DNA from: Acinetobacter phage vB_AbaM_ME3
Length of the DNA: 64,000 nucleotides
Sequence record: KU935715.1
Strand: one strand, 5' to 3'
Positions 1-7,494 of the stretch are shown piece after piece (position 1 is the first letter of the stretch; each line of letters opens with the position of its first letter). The notes below the pieces were generated by a model. The model searched no databases and was not told the DNA's origin. It saw only the letters and a program-made list of their open reading frames with translations. The position numbers and the translations under genes are program-made.

Positions 1-198
1 ATCAGCTCCTGAGTTATTTTCAATAGTTTCATCTGTTTCAAGCATTACATCATCAATTTGAATTTCAGTATTCATAGTTAATTCACCTTTGCGATAAGAT
101 TTGATTGAACCATCACTTGATTGACATTTAACCCAACCTTTTGATTCAGATACGATTGTTACTACTTCATTTGTTGCAATTACTGTTACTGTATTCAT
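1..198 (-). CDS. hypothetical protein, N-terminal 66 codons (gene runs off the left edge of the window)
   Basis: Reverse complement has ATG at 198..196 preceded by AAAGGAGAAA RBS. Open frame with no stops to position 1 (MNTVTVIATNEVV...). Not in the supplied ORF track because it is truncated. Confidence 0.5.
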   Translation of the reverse strand, partial: MNTVTVIATNEVVTIVSESKGWVKCQSSDGSIKSYRKGELTMNTEIQIDDVMLETDETIENNSGAD

Positions 199-324
199 GA
201 TGTTTCTCCTTTACCTAGTATAAAGATATAAAATAAAACTAGGATGATTCATTAGTAATATATACTCAATAGGAATATACATTAATAATGAAAGACAGTT
301 TAGAGACATGTCTAGGTCATTATA

Positions 325-501
325 TTATCTGTCGAAATTCATTTGTGAGTAAAACTTATCCATCTCTGCATCAAACATGTCTAATTGTTCTTCATTAAAC
401 AATTCAATTCCAAATGGTACATATTTAGATGGATCTCTCATGCACTCAGCTTGGTTCACTGTTAACATAGTCATTACTTCTTTCATTTGATAAGCTTTCA
501 T
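325..501 (-). CDS. small hypothetical protein (58 aa, MKAYQMKEVMTMLTVNQAECMRDPSKYVPFGIELFNEEQLDMFDAEMDKFYSQMNFDR)
   Basis: Hand translation of the - strand gives ATG at 501..499 with an AGGAGA RBS 6 nt upstream and a TAA stop at 327..325. Same orientation as the 1..198 gene. Confidence 0.4.
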   Translation of the reverse strand: MKAYQMKEVMTMLTVNQAECMRDPSKYVPFGIELFNEEQLDMFDAEMDKFYSQMNFDR

Positions 502-838
502 ATTGTTCTCCTAGAACATCAATTTTTAAAGTATGTGAAGGGTAGGGAGGCAACTCAATGGTACACCCATATCATCCGAGAGAATACACTCACATATATA
601 ACCTGGTCCCCTCAAAATAAAATGCAGATTTTTACACCTCACCAGAGAAATTGTCTTGGCAAGGGTAGGGGGTCAAAAAACTTGACTAGCTTTTCCACAT
701 AATTCAATCTGATATTTTTTAAAATATACTTACTATTCTGTCTCTCTATTTACATACCATTACAAATACATTACTATACTCACTATGTATTCTTTGTTAT
801 TTGGAATACATATAAATTAATAAGGAGGATATTTTTAA
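502..838. promoter_or_regulatory. divergent intergenic/strand-switch region with putative promoters in both directions
   Basis: Largest non-coding gap in the window. It separates - strand genes (left) from the long + strand block. Locally GC-richer, with a direct repeat AAGGGTAGGG at ~538 and ~660, and TTGACT at 682. The track ORF 487..702 lies here and is probably spurious. Confidence 0.4.
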
Positions 839-1492
839 ATGATGGATCTTAAAGATAGAGCAGAAGTGTTTAAAAAAGCATTGCTCTTGAAACATCCACA
901 CATAACATTCAATGTTTCTGATTATCTTACAAAAGCAGACTTTATAAATTTTAATTGCTCTAGGCATGGACCATTTGTTTCGTCTCCTAGAAATATAATT
1001 AGAAATAAATACGGTTGTGATAATTGTTATAAAGATTTAGTACAATTAGCTCCTAAAGATGTAGTAACTCCAAGAAAAACTACTGAGGAATTCATAGAAG
1101 AGGCTACTCGATTACATAATGGGTTCTATACTTATGAACATACAGTATATGAAACAAGGCTAAAGCCTATTACAGTGACTTGTCCTCTTCATGGTGAATT
1201 CATTATTCCTCAAGCCGCAATGCATCTAGTAACGAAGAGAGGTTGTTTAGATTGCAGAAGAGAAAAGTCTATGTTAACGAGAGATCAATTTATAGATAAA
1301 TGTAAGCTTAGAACTAAATCTTTCTACATATATGATAAGACAATTTATGACGGGTTAAATAAAGACATTACAGTAGAGTGTATTCGTCATGGTGAATTTA
1401 CATTAAAGGCAAGCAGTCATATTAATGGTAAAGGGTGTCAAGAATGTAGAGCTTTAGGTATGGATTTATATAAAGGAAGAGAAAACAGATGA
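839..1492 (+). CDS. hypothetical protein with three tandem Cys/His zinc-ribbon-like modules (C-x2-HG-x-F ... GC-x2-C)
   Basis: AAGGAGG RBS 8 nt upstream. Three ~70-aa internal repeats: NCSRHGPF...GCDNC, TCPLHGEF...GCLDC, ECIRHGEF...GCQEC. Confidence 0.7.
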   Translation: MMDLKDRAEVFKKALLLKHPHITFNVSDYLTKADFINFNCSRHGPFVSSPRNIIRNKYGCDNCYKDLVQLAPKDVVTPRKTTEEFIEEATRLHNGFYTYEHTVYETRLKPITVTCPLHGEFIIPQAAMHLVTKRGCLDCRREKSMLTRDQFIDKCKLRTKSFYIYDKTIYDGLNKDITVECIRHGEFTLKASSHINGKGCQECRALGMDLYKGRENR

Positions 1493-1767
1493 ATAATATG
1501 GTTACAACACTAGCAACAACAACTAGTGTAGGTATAGCTGGTGGCTTAGGTTACGGAGCTTTTAATAAACAATACGGGGTGGGTGTCTATGGATCTAATT
1601 TAAATGATCCGTATATAGGCTACTCAGACTATGTAATTCATGGGGCAGCTTTAGGAGCTGCTGCTGGATTAGCGACAATTGGGCTTAGGTATCAGGCTCA
1701 ACAAAAAAGGATCTCTGGTGTTAGTGAACAGACAGAAGCTCTGTACAGGATGCTCGGAGGGACATAA
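1489..1767 (+). CDS. small glycine-zipper protein (GxxxG-rich, 92 aa)
   Basis: ATGA start/stop overlap with the upstream gene. GIAGGLGYGA and GAALGAAAGLATIG motifs. Confidence 0.6.
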   Translation: MNNMVTTLATTTSVGIAGGLGYGAFNKQYGVGVYGSNLNDPYIGYSDYVIHGAALGAAAGLATIGLRYQAQQKRISGVSEQTEALYRMLGGT

Positions 1768-1786
1768 ATAAAGTTTCAATGAGGAT

Positions 1787-2230
1787 TTGATTTTGAATAC
1801 TTTTACTAGATTATGCATTACACTATTAATAGCTTTACCAATGTCGGCTATGGCTGGGGAGTATTTAACTGATAAAGTTGACTCAGTAATTAATTGGGGA
1901 TTTTGGTCTATACTATTAGGTGCTCTTGCAGGAGGGATTGCTGCTACATTTATAGAAACAGAAGTGGATATTAAACTATCTAATGATAAAACAGCTAAGA
2001 TTCTTATAGGTACTGCCCTAGGATTCTTTTCTTGCTTGACATGGACTGCTTATTATCCTGATACAACAATGATGAAACTAGCTCTTCCTTCATTTGTCTT
2101 AGGATGTTTAGGGGCTCCTATTATAGCTTTCTTGCTATCATGGGCAGCTGACCCTAGAACATGGAGACGAGCTAATAGTACGTTAAATAAACGTCTTGGA
2201 TTAGAAGAGGACAAGAAAGAGGATGACTAA
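1787..2230 (+). CDS. membrane protein (signal-like N-terminus plus about 3 TM segments), possible holin/antiholin
   Basis: TTG start per the ORF track; an in-frame ATG lies 18 codons downstream. Hydrophobic segments and an acidic C-terminus. Located in the lysis cluster. Confidence 0.5.
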   Translation: MILNTFTRLCITLLIALPMSAMAGEYLTDKVDSVINWGFWSILLGALAGGIAATFIETEVDIKLSNDKTAKILIGTALGFFSCLTWTAYYPDTTMMKLALPSFVLGCLGAPIIAFLLSWAADPRTWRRANSTLNKRLGLEEDKKEDD

Positions 2231-2483
2231 TTTAGTACCTATCCTAATTACAAGTATAGGACTTCTTTATAGTATTTATCTTTTAATAAGTAGTAAATTT
2301 AATACTAAAGACAAAGCTTGTAATTCGTGTATATGTTTATATGGTATCGGATGGATGTTCTTACTATTACAAACAATTAAAACCCAATTCGAAGGATCTA
2401 TGATAATAGGATTGTTTTTTCTATTAGCTGGATTCTTGATTTGGTCAAGAAAACAATTAAAAACTAAAAGGAGATTAATATGA
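2223..2483 (+). CDS. putative class I holin (3 TM segments, basic C-terminus SRKQLKTKRRLI)
   Basis: 86 aa. Three hydrophobic helices plus a charged C-terminal tail. Overlaps the upstream stop. Immediately upstream of the endolysin region. Confidence 0.5.
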   Translation: MTNLVPILITSIGLLYSIYLLISSKFNTKDKACNSCICLYGIGWMFLLLQTIKTQFEGSMIIGLFFLLAGFLIWSRKQLKTKRRLI

Positions 2484-2860
2484 TTAATCCATTTGGAAGA
2501 ATAGAAACAAAAGGTGCTTTTAGTGGAGCTAAGTTATCAATGGGACTTCACGATACACTTTTACAAACAGGTAGTGTTGGATTAGGAGCTTCAGCTGCTT
2601 GGGGTGCTGGTATTGGTGCTACAGTAGGAGGTATTAACGGAGCTATGTCTTATGATGGTAGTTTCTTAGGAGGAGCTATGCATGGAGCTATGGTAGGATC
2701 TGTTGGTGGTATGGGAGCAAGATTTGCTGCTAATACATATGCTAAAGGTGCTTTTAGTGGAGCTGCTGATTCAGTAGTTAATGGAGTATTCCCTGCACAA
2801 CAAGGTGGTAAATTTAACTGGAGTAATTTCTCCACAGGTTGGTCAGGCCCTTCAGCTTAA
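2480..2860 (+). CDS. glycine-rich / glycine-zipper protein (126 aa)
   Basis: AAGGAG RBS. More than 30% Gly/Ala with repeated GxxxG patterns. Confidence 0.6.
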   Translation: MINPFGRIETKGAFSGAKLSMGLHDTLLQTGSVGLGASAAWGAGIGATVGGINGAMSYDGSFLGGAMHGAMVGSVGGMGARFAANTYAKGAFSGAADSVVNGVFPAQQGGKFNWSNFSTGWSGPSA

Positions 2861-2870
2861 GGAGAAATAA

Positions 2871-3584
2871 ATGAACATTTCAGAACTACAACAATGGTTG
2901 AATTCACATGGAGCTACACCTAAGCTTAAAGTAGATGGTATAGCAGGCACTTTAACTAGAACTGCTATTATTCAAGTATTTGTTAATAAGGAAGCTTCAG
3001 CTATTACAGAAGATGAATTACTAACAATTGCTAAGCTTTTAGGAGATTCGGATACAAGAAGAATTAAAGCTGTTGCATCAGTTGAGAGTGGGGGTTCTGG
3101 ATGGTTTGATTCAGGCCTCCCTAAAATACTTTATGAGAGACATTATTTCTATAAGTATACTACAGCTGCAATTAAGAAATTAACAGGATGGTTTATAGGA
3201 ACTACTTCTGGGGGCTATACAACTGATATTAATAAAAATGGTATTAATGATAGTTGGGAAAAACTAGCAGAAGCTGCTTGTAAAGATCCTGATGCAGCTT
3301 TTAAATCTGTATCTATTGGTAAGTTTCAAGTGATGGGTGCCTATTATAAAGAATTAGGTTATTCCCACCCTATTGAAATGCTATGGGATGCAAGAAATAG
3401 TGAGTACGCACACTACAGAATGTTAGTTGGGTATATTACTAAAGTAGCTAGAATGACTAGTTCATATAAAAAATTATCAACTAAGCCAGATGATTGTAGA
3501 GAGTTCGCTCTTCGTTACAATGGAAAAGCTTATGAAAAGAATAATTACCACATTAAATTAGCTAACGCTATGAAAAAGTTTTAA
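2871..3584 (+). CDS. endolysin: N-terminal peptidoglycan-binding domain plus N-acetylmuramidase (DUF3380-type) domain
   Basis: KVDGIAGTLTRTAI matches the PG_binding_1 motif. AVASVESGGSGWFDSGLPKILYERHYF matches the muramidase family signature. AAGGAG RBS. Confidence 0.8.
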   Translation: MNISELQQWLNSHGATPKLKVDGIAGTLTRTAIIQVFVNKEASAITEDELLTIAKLLGDSDTRRIKAVASVESGGSGWFDSGLPKILYERHYFYKYTTAAIKKLTGWFIGTTSGGYTTDINKNGINDSWEKLAEAACKDPDAAFKSVSIGKFQVMGAYYKELGYSHPIEMLWDARNSEYAHYRMLVGYITKVARMTSSYKKLSTKPDDCREFALRYNGKAYEKNNYHIKLANAMKKF

Positions 3585-3609
3585 GAAGAGATTTGAATTG
3601 TCTCTTCTT
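3583..3609 (+). terminator. 9-bp perfect hairpin overlapping the endolysin stop codon (AAGAAGAGA / TCTCTTCTT)
   Basis: Inverted repeat 3583..3591 / 3601..3609 with a 9-nt loop. No downstream U-tract, so it may be an attenuator or RNA-stability element rather than a full intrinsic terminator. Confidence 0.35.
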
Positions 3610-3626
3610 ACACAAAGGAGAGACAA

Positions 3627-4085
3627 TTGATTTACAGTAATTCAGCTTTAAATCTAATAATGAAATCAAGACCATTACATTTACAGAAAAATAAATTATG
3701 GAATGGAAGAGATACAATAGGATACTGCCATATCATTAGAGTAGGTGATAAACTAAGAGATACTGACAAGATTTCTAAAAAAGAAGCTAAAGCATTATTA
3801 GAAAAATCTCTTGTGAGGATATCCAAACAGTTAAATAAAGAACTTGAAACCGATATAAATCAAAATCAATTTGATGCTCTTGTAAGTTTAGTATATGATG
3901 TTGGAATTAGAACTGTCATTGCATCAGGAATGATAGATCAGCTCAATAAAGGCAAAATACTAGAAGTTAGTGTTATGTTTAGAAAGTGGTCTCGTTATAA
4001 GAAGAGACCTGTATACCAATTAATTAAAGCTAGACAAATGGAAATGAAGTTATTTGATACTCCAATAGGAAATAAACATGGATAG
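3627..4085 (+). CDS. GH24 (T4/P22-type) lysozyme-like protein, apparently lacking the canonical catalytic Glu/Asp
   Basis: INQNQFDALVSLVYDVG and DTIGYCH closely resemble the P22/T4 lysozyme core (NQNQYDALCSLIFNIG, TIGVGH). TTG start at 3627 with an AAAGGAG RBS; alternative ATG at 3660. Confidence 0.6.
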   Translation: MIYSNSALNLIMKSRPLHLQKNKLWNGRDTIGYCHIIRVGDKLRDTDKISKKEAKALLEKSLVRISKQLNKELETDINQNQFDALVSLVYDVGIRTVIASGMIDQLNKGKILEVSVMFRKWSRYKKRPVYQLIKARQMEMKLFDTPIGNKHG

Positions 4086-5373
4086 TAAAGTACAACAAAT
4101 GCAAGAGATGATGAAGTTGCAAGAAACTATTGCTCTAGCAAGAAAAGCTTCTCAAGGAAAAACAATTGAGATAGAAGAAGTTAAAGAAGATAAGGAAACC
4201 GTTATTAACACACTTCCTACTGAATATATTTCTGCAAATCAATTAAAACTTTCCTCAAAAGAACTTACGCATTCTACATCTTACTTGGACAGACTTAGAC
4301 AAGATGATGACAGGTTAAATGAAATTAAGATATCAGAAGAAAAAGCTGTTAAGATTAGGAGAGGTCTTCTTAAATTAACTACAGGTAATGCTTCAGTTGT
4401 TCCTTTAAAATGTAATGGAGATACTTGTGCATTTAAACAAACATGTTTAACAGGCGATACTTTAATACTTTCTAGAGGTGGCATTTTTAGAAGACTAGAT
4501 ACTTTAACTGCTCGTAATAAAGTTTACTCATTTAATCTAGATACTTGTAAGATTGAACTAGATAAAGTAATTGAATTTAAGAGACAAGGGTCTGCTGATG
4601 TATATCTTATTGAAACATCTTTAGGTAATACTATTAAAGCTACAGTTAATCATCCATTCTTATCATTATTTAATGATAATTTAGAATGGAGTTCTATAGA
4701 TGGTACAGTTGGAAGTGAATTAAAAGTTGGGTCTGAGGTTCTTGTAGCTGATTTCGAATTAGATACTAAAGATGTGTATTCGATGGGAGACTCATTTATT
4801 GATACAATCAAAGCCATAACTCTTATAGGTACAGAAGAAGTTTTTGATATTGAAGTAGCAGCAAACCATAATTTTATTGCTAATAACTTTATTGTTCATA
4901 ATTGTCCATATTGGTTAGAAAAAGTAGCCCCTGTTGGATTAGCTTGTCCAGTAGAAACTCAATTAATTGAATACTGGCTAGAGAAGTATCAACAAGAGTT
5001 TAATGTTGAAGACAATAGTATTACAGATATGCATATGATTGCTAGACTATGTGAATATGATATCTACGATATGAGAGTAACTCGATACTTAGCTGAAAAT
5101 GATCAAACATTACTTACAGATTTTATCTCATCTTATACAGAAGATGGTGAGCCTATTAGTAATAAAGCTACATCTGCTGCTTTTGAAGTTAAAGAACGTA
5201 TTGATAGATTAAGATCTAAGACTCTTAAAGAGTTAATGGCTACAAGAGAAGCTAAAGCTAAGATTGCAGCTACAGTTGTTAATAGTGCATCTAATTCAGT
5301 ATCTATTGCAGAGATGAAGAAAAAATATGACGAGCTTATTAAAGAAAGAGCTACAATGAGAACGGTTAATTAA
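4078..5373 (+). CDS. intein-containing protein; extein carries a C-x4-C-x5-C-x13-C motif spanning the splice junction (function unknown, possibly a DNA-binding/packaging protein)
   Basis: 431 aa. The extein KCNGDTCAFKQT | CPYWLEK..GLACP is interrupted by a 153-aa Hint domain. Confidence 0.75.
   Translation: MDSKVQQMQEMMKLQETIALARKASQGKTIEIEEVKEDKETVINTLPTEYISANQLKLSSKELTHSTSYLDRLRQDDDRLNEIKISEEKAVKIRRGLLKLTTGNASVVPLKCNGDTCAFKQTCLTGDTLILSRGGIFRRLDTLTARNKVYSFNLDTCKIELDKVIEFKRQGSADVYLIETSLGNTIKATVNHPFLSLFNDNLEWSSIDGTVGSELKVGSEVLVADFELDTKDVYSMGDSFIDTIKAITLIGTEEVFDIEVAANHNFIANNFIVHNCPYWLEKVAPVGLACPVETQLIEYWLEKYQQEFNVEDNSITDMHMIARLCEYDIYDMRVTRYLAENDQTLLTDFISSYTEDGEPISNKATSAAFEVKERIDRLRSKTLKELMATREAKAKIAATVVNSASNSVSIAEMKKKYDELIKERATMRTVN
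4444..4902 (+). mobile_element. mini-intein (153 aa, no homing-endonuclease domain)
   Basis: Block A CLTGDTLIL, block B TVNH (TxxH), block F/G EVFDIEVAANHNFIANNFIVHN followed by +1 Cys. Confidence 0.8.
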
Positions 5374-5458
5374 GGATTAGAGATGAAACCGATAAGATCA
5401 GAAGATGATAAACGATTAATAGGTCATCTAAAAAAGAAATCAAAAAGGAAGAAAATTC

Positions 5459-5911
5459 ATGTCTATTTCAATTCAAAGAACTCATCACGGTAAAACCAAA
5501 TATATTAATGGTACTTTCTATAGTAAGAAAAATGGAACTAACTTCCCTTATAAATCTTCATATGAACTAGCATATCTTCAGAAATTAGAAGAAGATCCTA
5601 CTGTAGTTAGATACATGTATGAACCATTTGAATTAGGTTATGTAGATATGTATAACAAGAACAGAAAATACATACCTGACTTCATGGTACTATATTCAGA
5701 TAGTTCTGTTCTTATTACTGAAATCAAACCTGAAGCTATGTTAAAAGATTATGATGTTCAAGCTAAGGCTAAAGCAGCTAAAGCTTTTATTAAAGATAAT
5801 TACCCAGATATTAACATTGCTTATAAATTTATAACAGAGAAAGATTTATTCAAGAACATAACAGAGTACACAAACTTTGTTAGGAGTGTTAAGAATGGAG
5901 AGAAGTCGTAA
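5459..5911 (+). CDS. PD-(D/E)xK nuclease, T7 endonuclease I / TnsA-N-like (putative junction-resolving enzyme)
   Basis: YMYEPFEL...YIPDFMVLYSDSSVLITEIKPE fits E...PD...ExK and parallels T7 gp3 (FEYEEW...YTPDFLLPNGIFVETKG). 150 aa. Confidence 0.5.
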   Translation: MSISIQRTHHGKTKYINGTFYSKKNGTNFPYKSSYELAYLQKLEEDPTVVRYMYEPFELGYVDMYNKNRKYIPDFMVLYSDSSVLITEIKPEAMLKDYDVQAKAKAAKAFIKDNYPDINIAYKFITEKDLFKNITEYTNFVRSVKNGEKS

Positions 5912-7484
5912 TTCAATTGACGCTTTCTTTAACGATTTAGCTTCATTTGATACAGAAACAACAGGTATAAATACAAAGTCAGCTAGAATATGGCAACTAG
6001 GATTTACAAGTAATAAAAAAGATATTGAAGAAGTAGTAAACCCTTTATTAGATTCTAATAATAAACCTCTGAGTCTATCCAATGAAGACTTTATCAAAGG
6101 GCTTAGAGAGATTAATGGTTCCTTCTCTGAGGATGCTTACAAAGAAGGATATTTTAATACATTAATCTCTAAACACAATGTAACTAAAAACTTATCGTTT
6201 AATCTTGATGAAAAGATAGCTGCAACTCTAGGTCAGCTTTCCACCAACAATATTCTAGTACTCCAAAACCATAGATTTGAATCCGAATTAATACAACAAG
6301 GATACTTAAATAGAAGTATTACTAAGACAACCTATGATAGAATAAAAGATACTATGCAGTATACATCTATCAATGAATTTAATGGTAATACACAGAGTCT
6401 AATGGCTCGCCCACCTAAAGCTGAACAATATTTAAGACAAGCGAGTTATATACAAGCAGCTGAATTATCAGATACTAGAATCAATAGAGAGCAATCTCTT
6501 AATAGATATACAAGATCTATGAATAATGTAATAGATGCATACAAGAGAGCAATAGATAGTCCTACCCGTAAAGGTGCTGTAATGATAGAACAACAAGATA
6601 TCACTAAAGCTTTGTATGCTAATGCTGTATCAATAGGTATTATGGATCCTAACCATTTATCTATAGGTACTAACATGAACTTCTTAACTAATGTATTATT
6701 TGGGAGGGATGAACTACACACAGCATTATCTGATTCTAAAGATACATTAGAGGTATTTAAAGAGACTTGGAGTATGATAGGAGAGATACGCTCTGGAAAC
6801 GTCTCTAATGAAACTAGAAAGATGTTATATAAGATTAATGAAGCTCAGTACTCAGAAGTAGACAGACTCTTTACAACAAGTGTTAAGAGTGTTCTAGAAG
6901 ACTTCTCTATAAAAGGTTCTACAAGTTACTCTCCTAAAGGGAATATAACTATTAGGTCAACAATGATTAGAAGTGCTAGTGCTCAAAATCCTACAAAGAT
7001 CGATGGGATTTCTTCTGGAATAGGTAGAAATTCCACCAAGTCTCTTAAGGAGGGTTTGGAAAATGTTTTAAAAAATTACGAACAACATTCAGGATCTGAT
7101 AGAAGAACTATATACGTACAAGAAATTGTAAATAAATACTATGATAATTCCTCTATTAATGATGCTATTAAATTTGCAGAAGACTCTAGTAAGAAATTTT
7201 TAAAAGAGTCTCCTTCAGTTGCTCCTTTTAATCCAATGAAACCTGTGAGTTACACATCTATGTATTGGAATGAGAAAACTAGTTTACTTGGAAAAGAGAT
7301 GACAAGAAAAACAAAAGCTTCTATATTAGGAGCTGGAGTAGCAGGATTAGCTTATATGTGGCTTAAGCCAGCTCCTAAACAGACAGAAGATCAAGGCTAT
7401 GTAGCTGAGCAGTTCTATGATGAACAATACTTAGGAACAGAGTTTGTAAACTTTAACAATAGAAATAAGCACTATATGTATTAA
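5895..7484 (+). CDS. DnaQ-like DEDDh 3'-5' exonuclease domain protein with a long C-terminal extension
   Basis: Exo I FDTETTG (~5946), Exo II-like NHRFESE (~6270), Exo III HTALSDSKDTLEVF (6717..). ATG 5895 with an AGGAG RBS is preferred over the track start 5877. Confidence 0.7.
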   Translation: MERSRNSIDAFFNDLASFDTETTGINTKSARIWQLGFTSNKKDIEEVVNPLLDSNNKPLSLSNEDFIKGLREINGSFSEDAYKEGYFNTLISKHNVTKNLSFNLDEKIAATLGQLSTNNILVLQNHRFESELIQQGYLNRSITKTTYDRIKDTMQYTSINEFNGNTQSLMARPPKAEQYLRQASYIQAAELSDTRINREQSLNRYTRSMNNVIDAYKRAIDSPTRKGAVMIEQQDITKALYANAVSIGIMDPNHLSIGTNMNFLTNVLFGRDELHTALSDSKDTLEVFKETWSMIGEIRSGNVSNETRKMLYKINEAQYSEVDRLFTTSVKSVLEDFSIKGSTSYSPKGNITIRSTMIRSASAQNPTKIDGISSGIGRNSTKSLKEGLENVLKNYEQHSGSDRRTIYVQEIVNKYYDNSSINDAIKFAEDSSKKFLKESPSVAPFNPMKPVSYTSMYWNEKTSLLGKEMTRKTKASILGAGVAGLAYMWLKPAPKQTEDQGYVAEQFYDEQYLGTEFVNFNNRNKHYMY

Positions 7485-7494
7485 GAGAAGTATT

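Noticed and set aside
487-702. Track ORF of 71 aa on + strand in the divergent intergenic region
   Set aside because: No RBS. It lies in the GC-rich non-coding spacer and partly overlaps the - strand gene start. Composition is unlike the neighbouring genes.
810-838. T4-late-promoter-like TATAAAT(T/A) boxes (for example CATATAAATTAATAAGGAGG before 839, TATATAAATATG before 19326)
   Set aside because: In DNA this AT-rich such octamers occur by chance. Positions relative to start codons are inconsistent, and they are not found upstream of most operon heads. Not strong enough to claim a T4-type late promoter.
5383-5475. 30-codon + ORF (MKPIRSEDDKRLIGHLKKKSKRKKIH...) between the intein-protein gene and the nuclease gene
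   Set aside because: Very short. It overlaps the RBS and start of the 5459 gene and has no RBS of its own, so it is probably chance.
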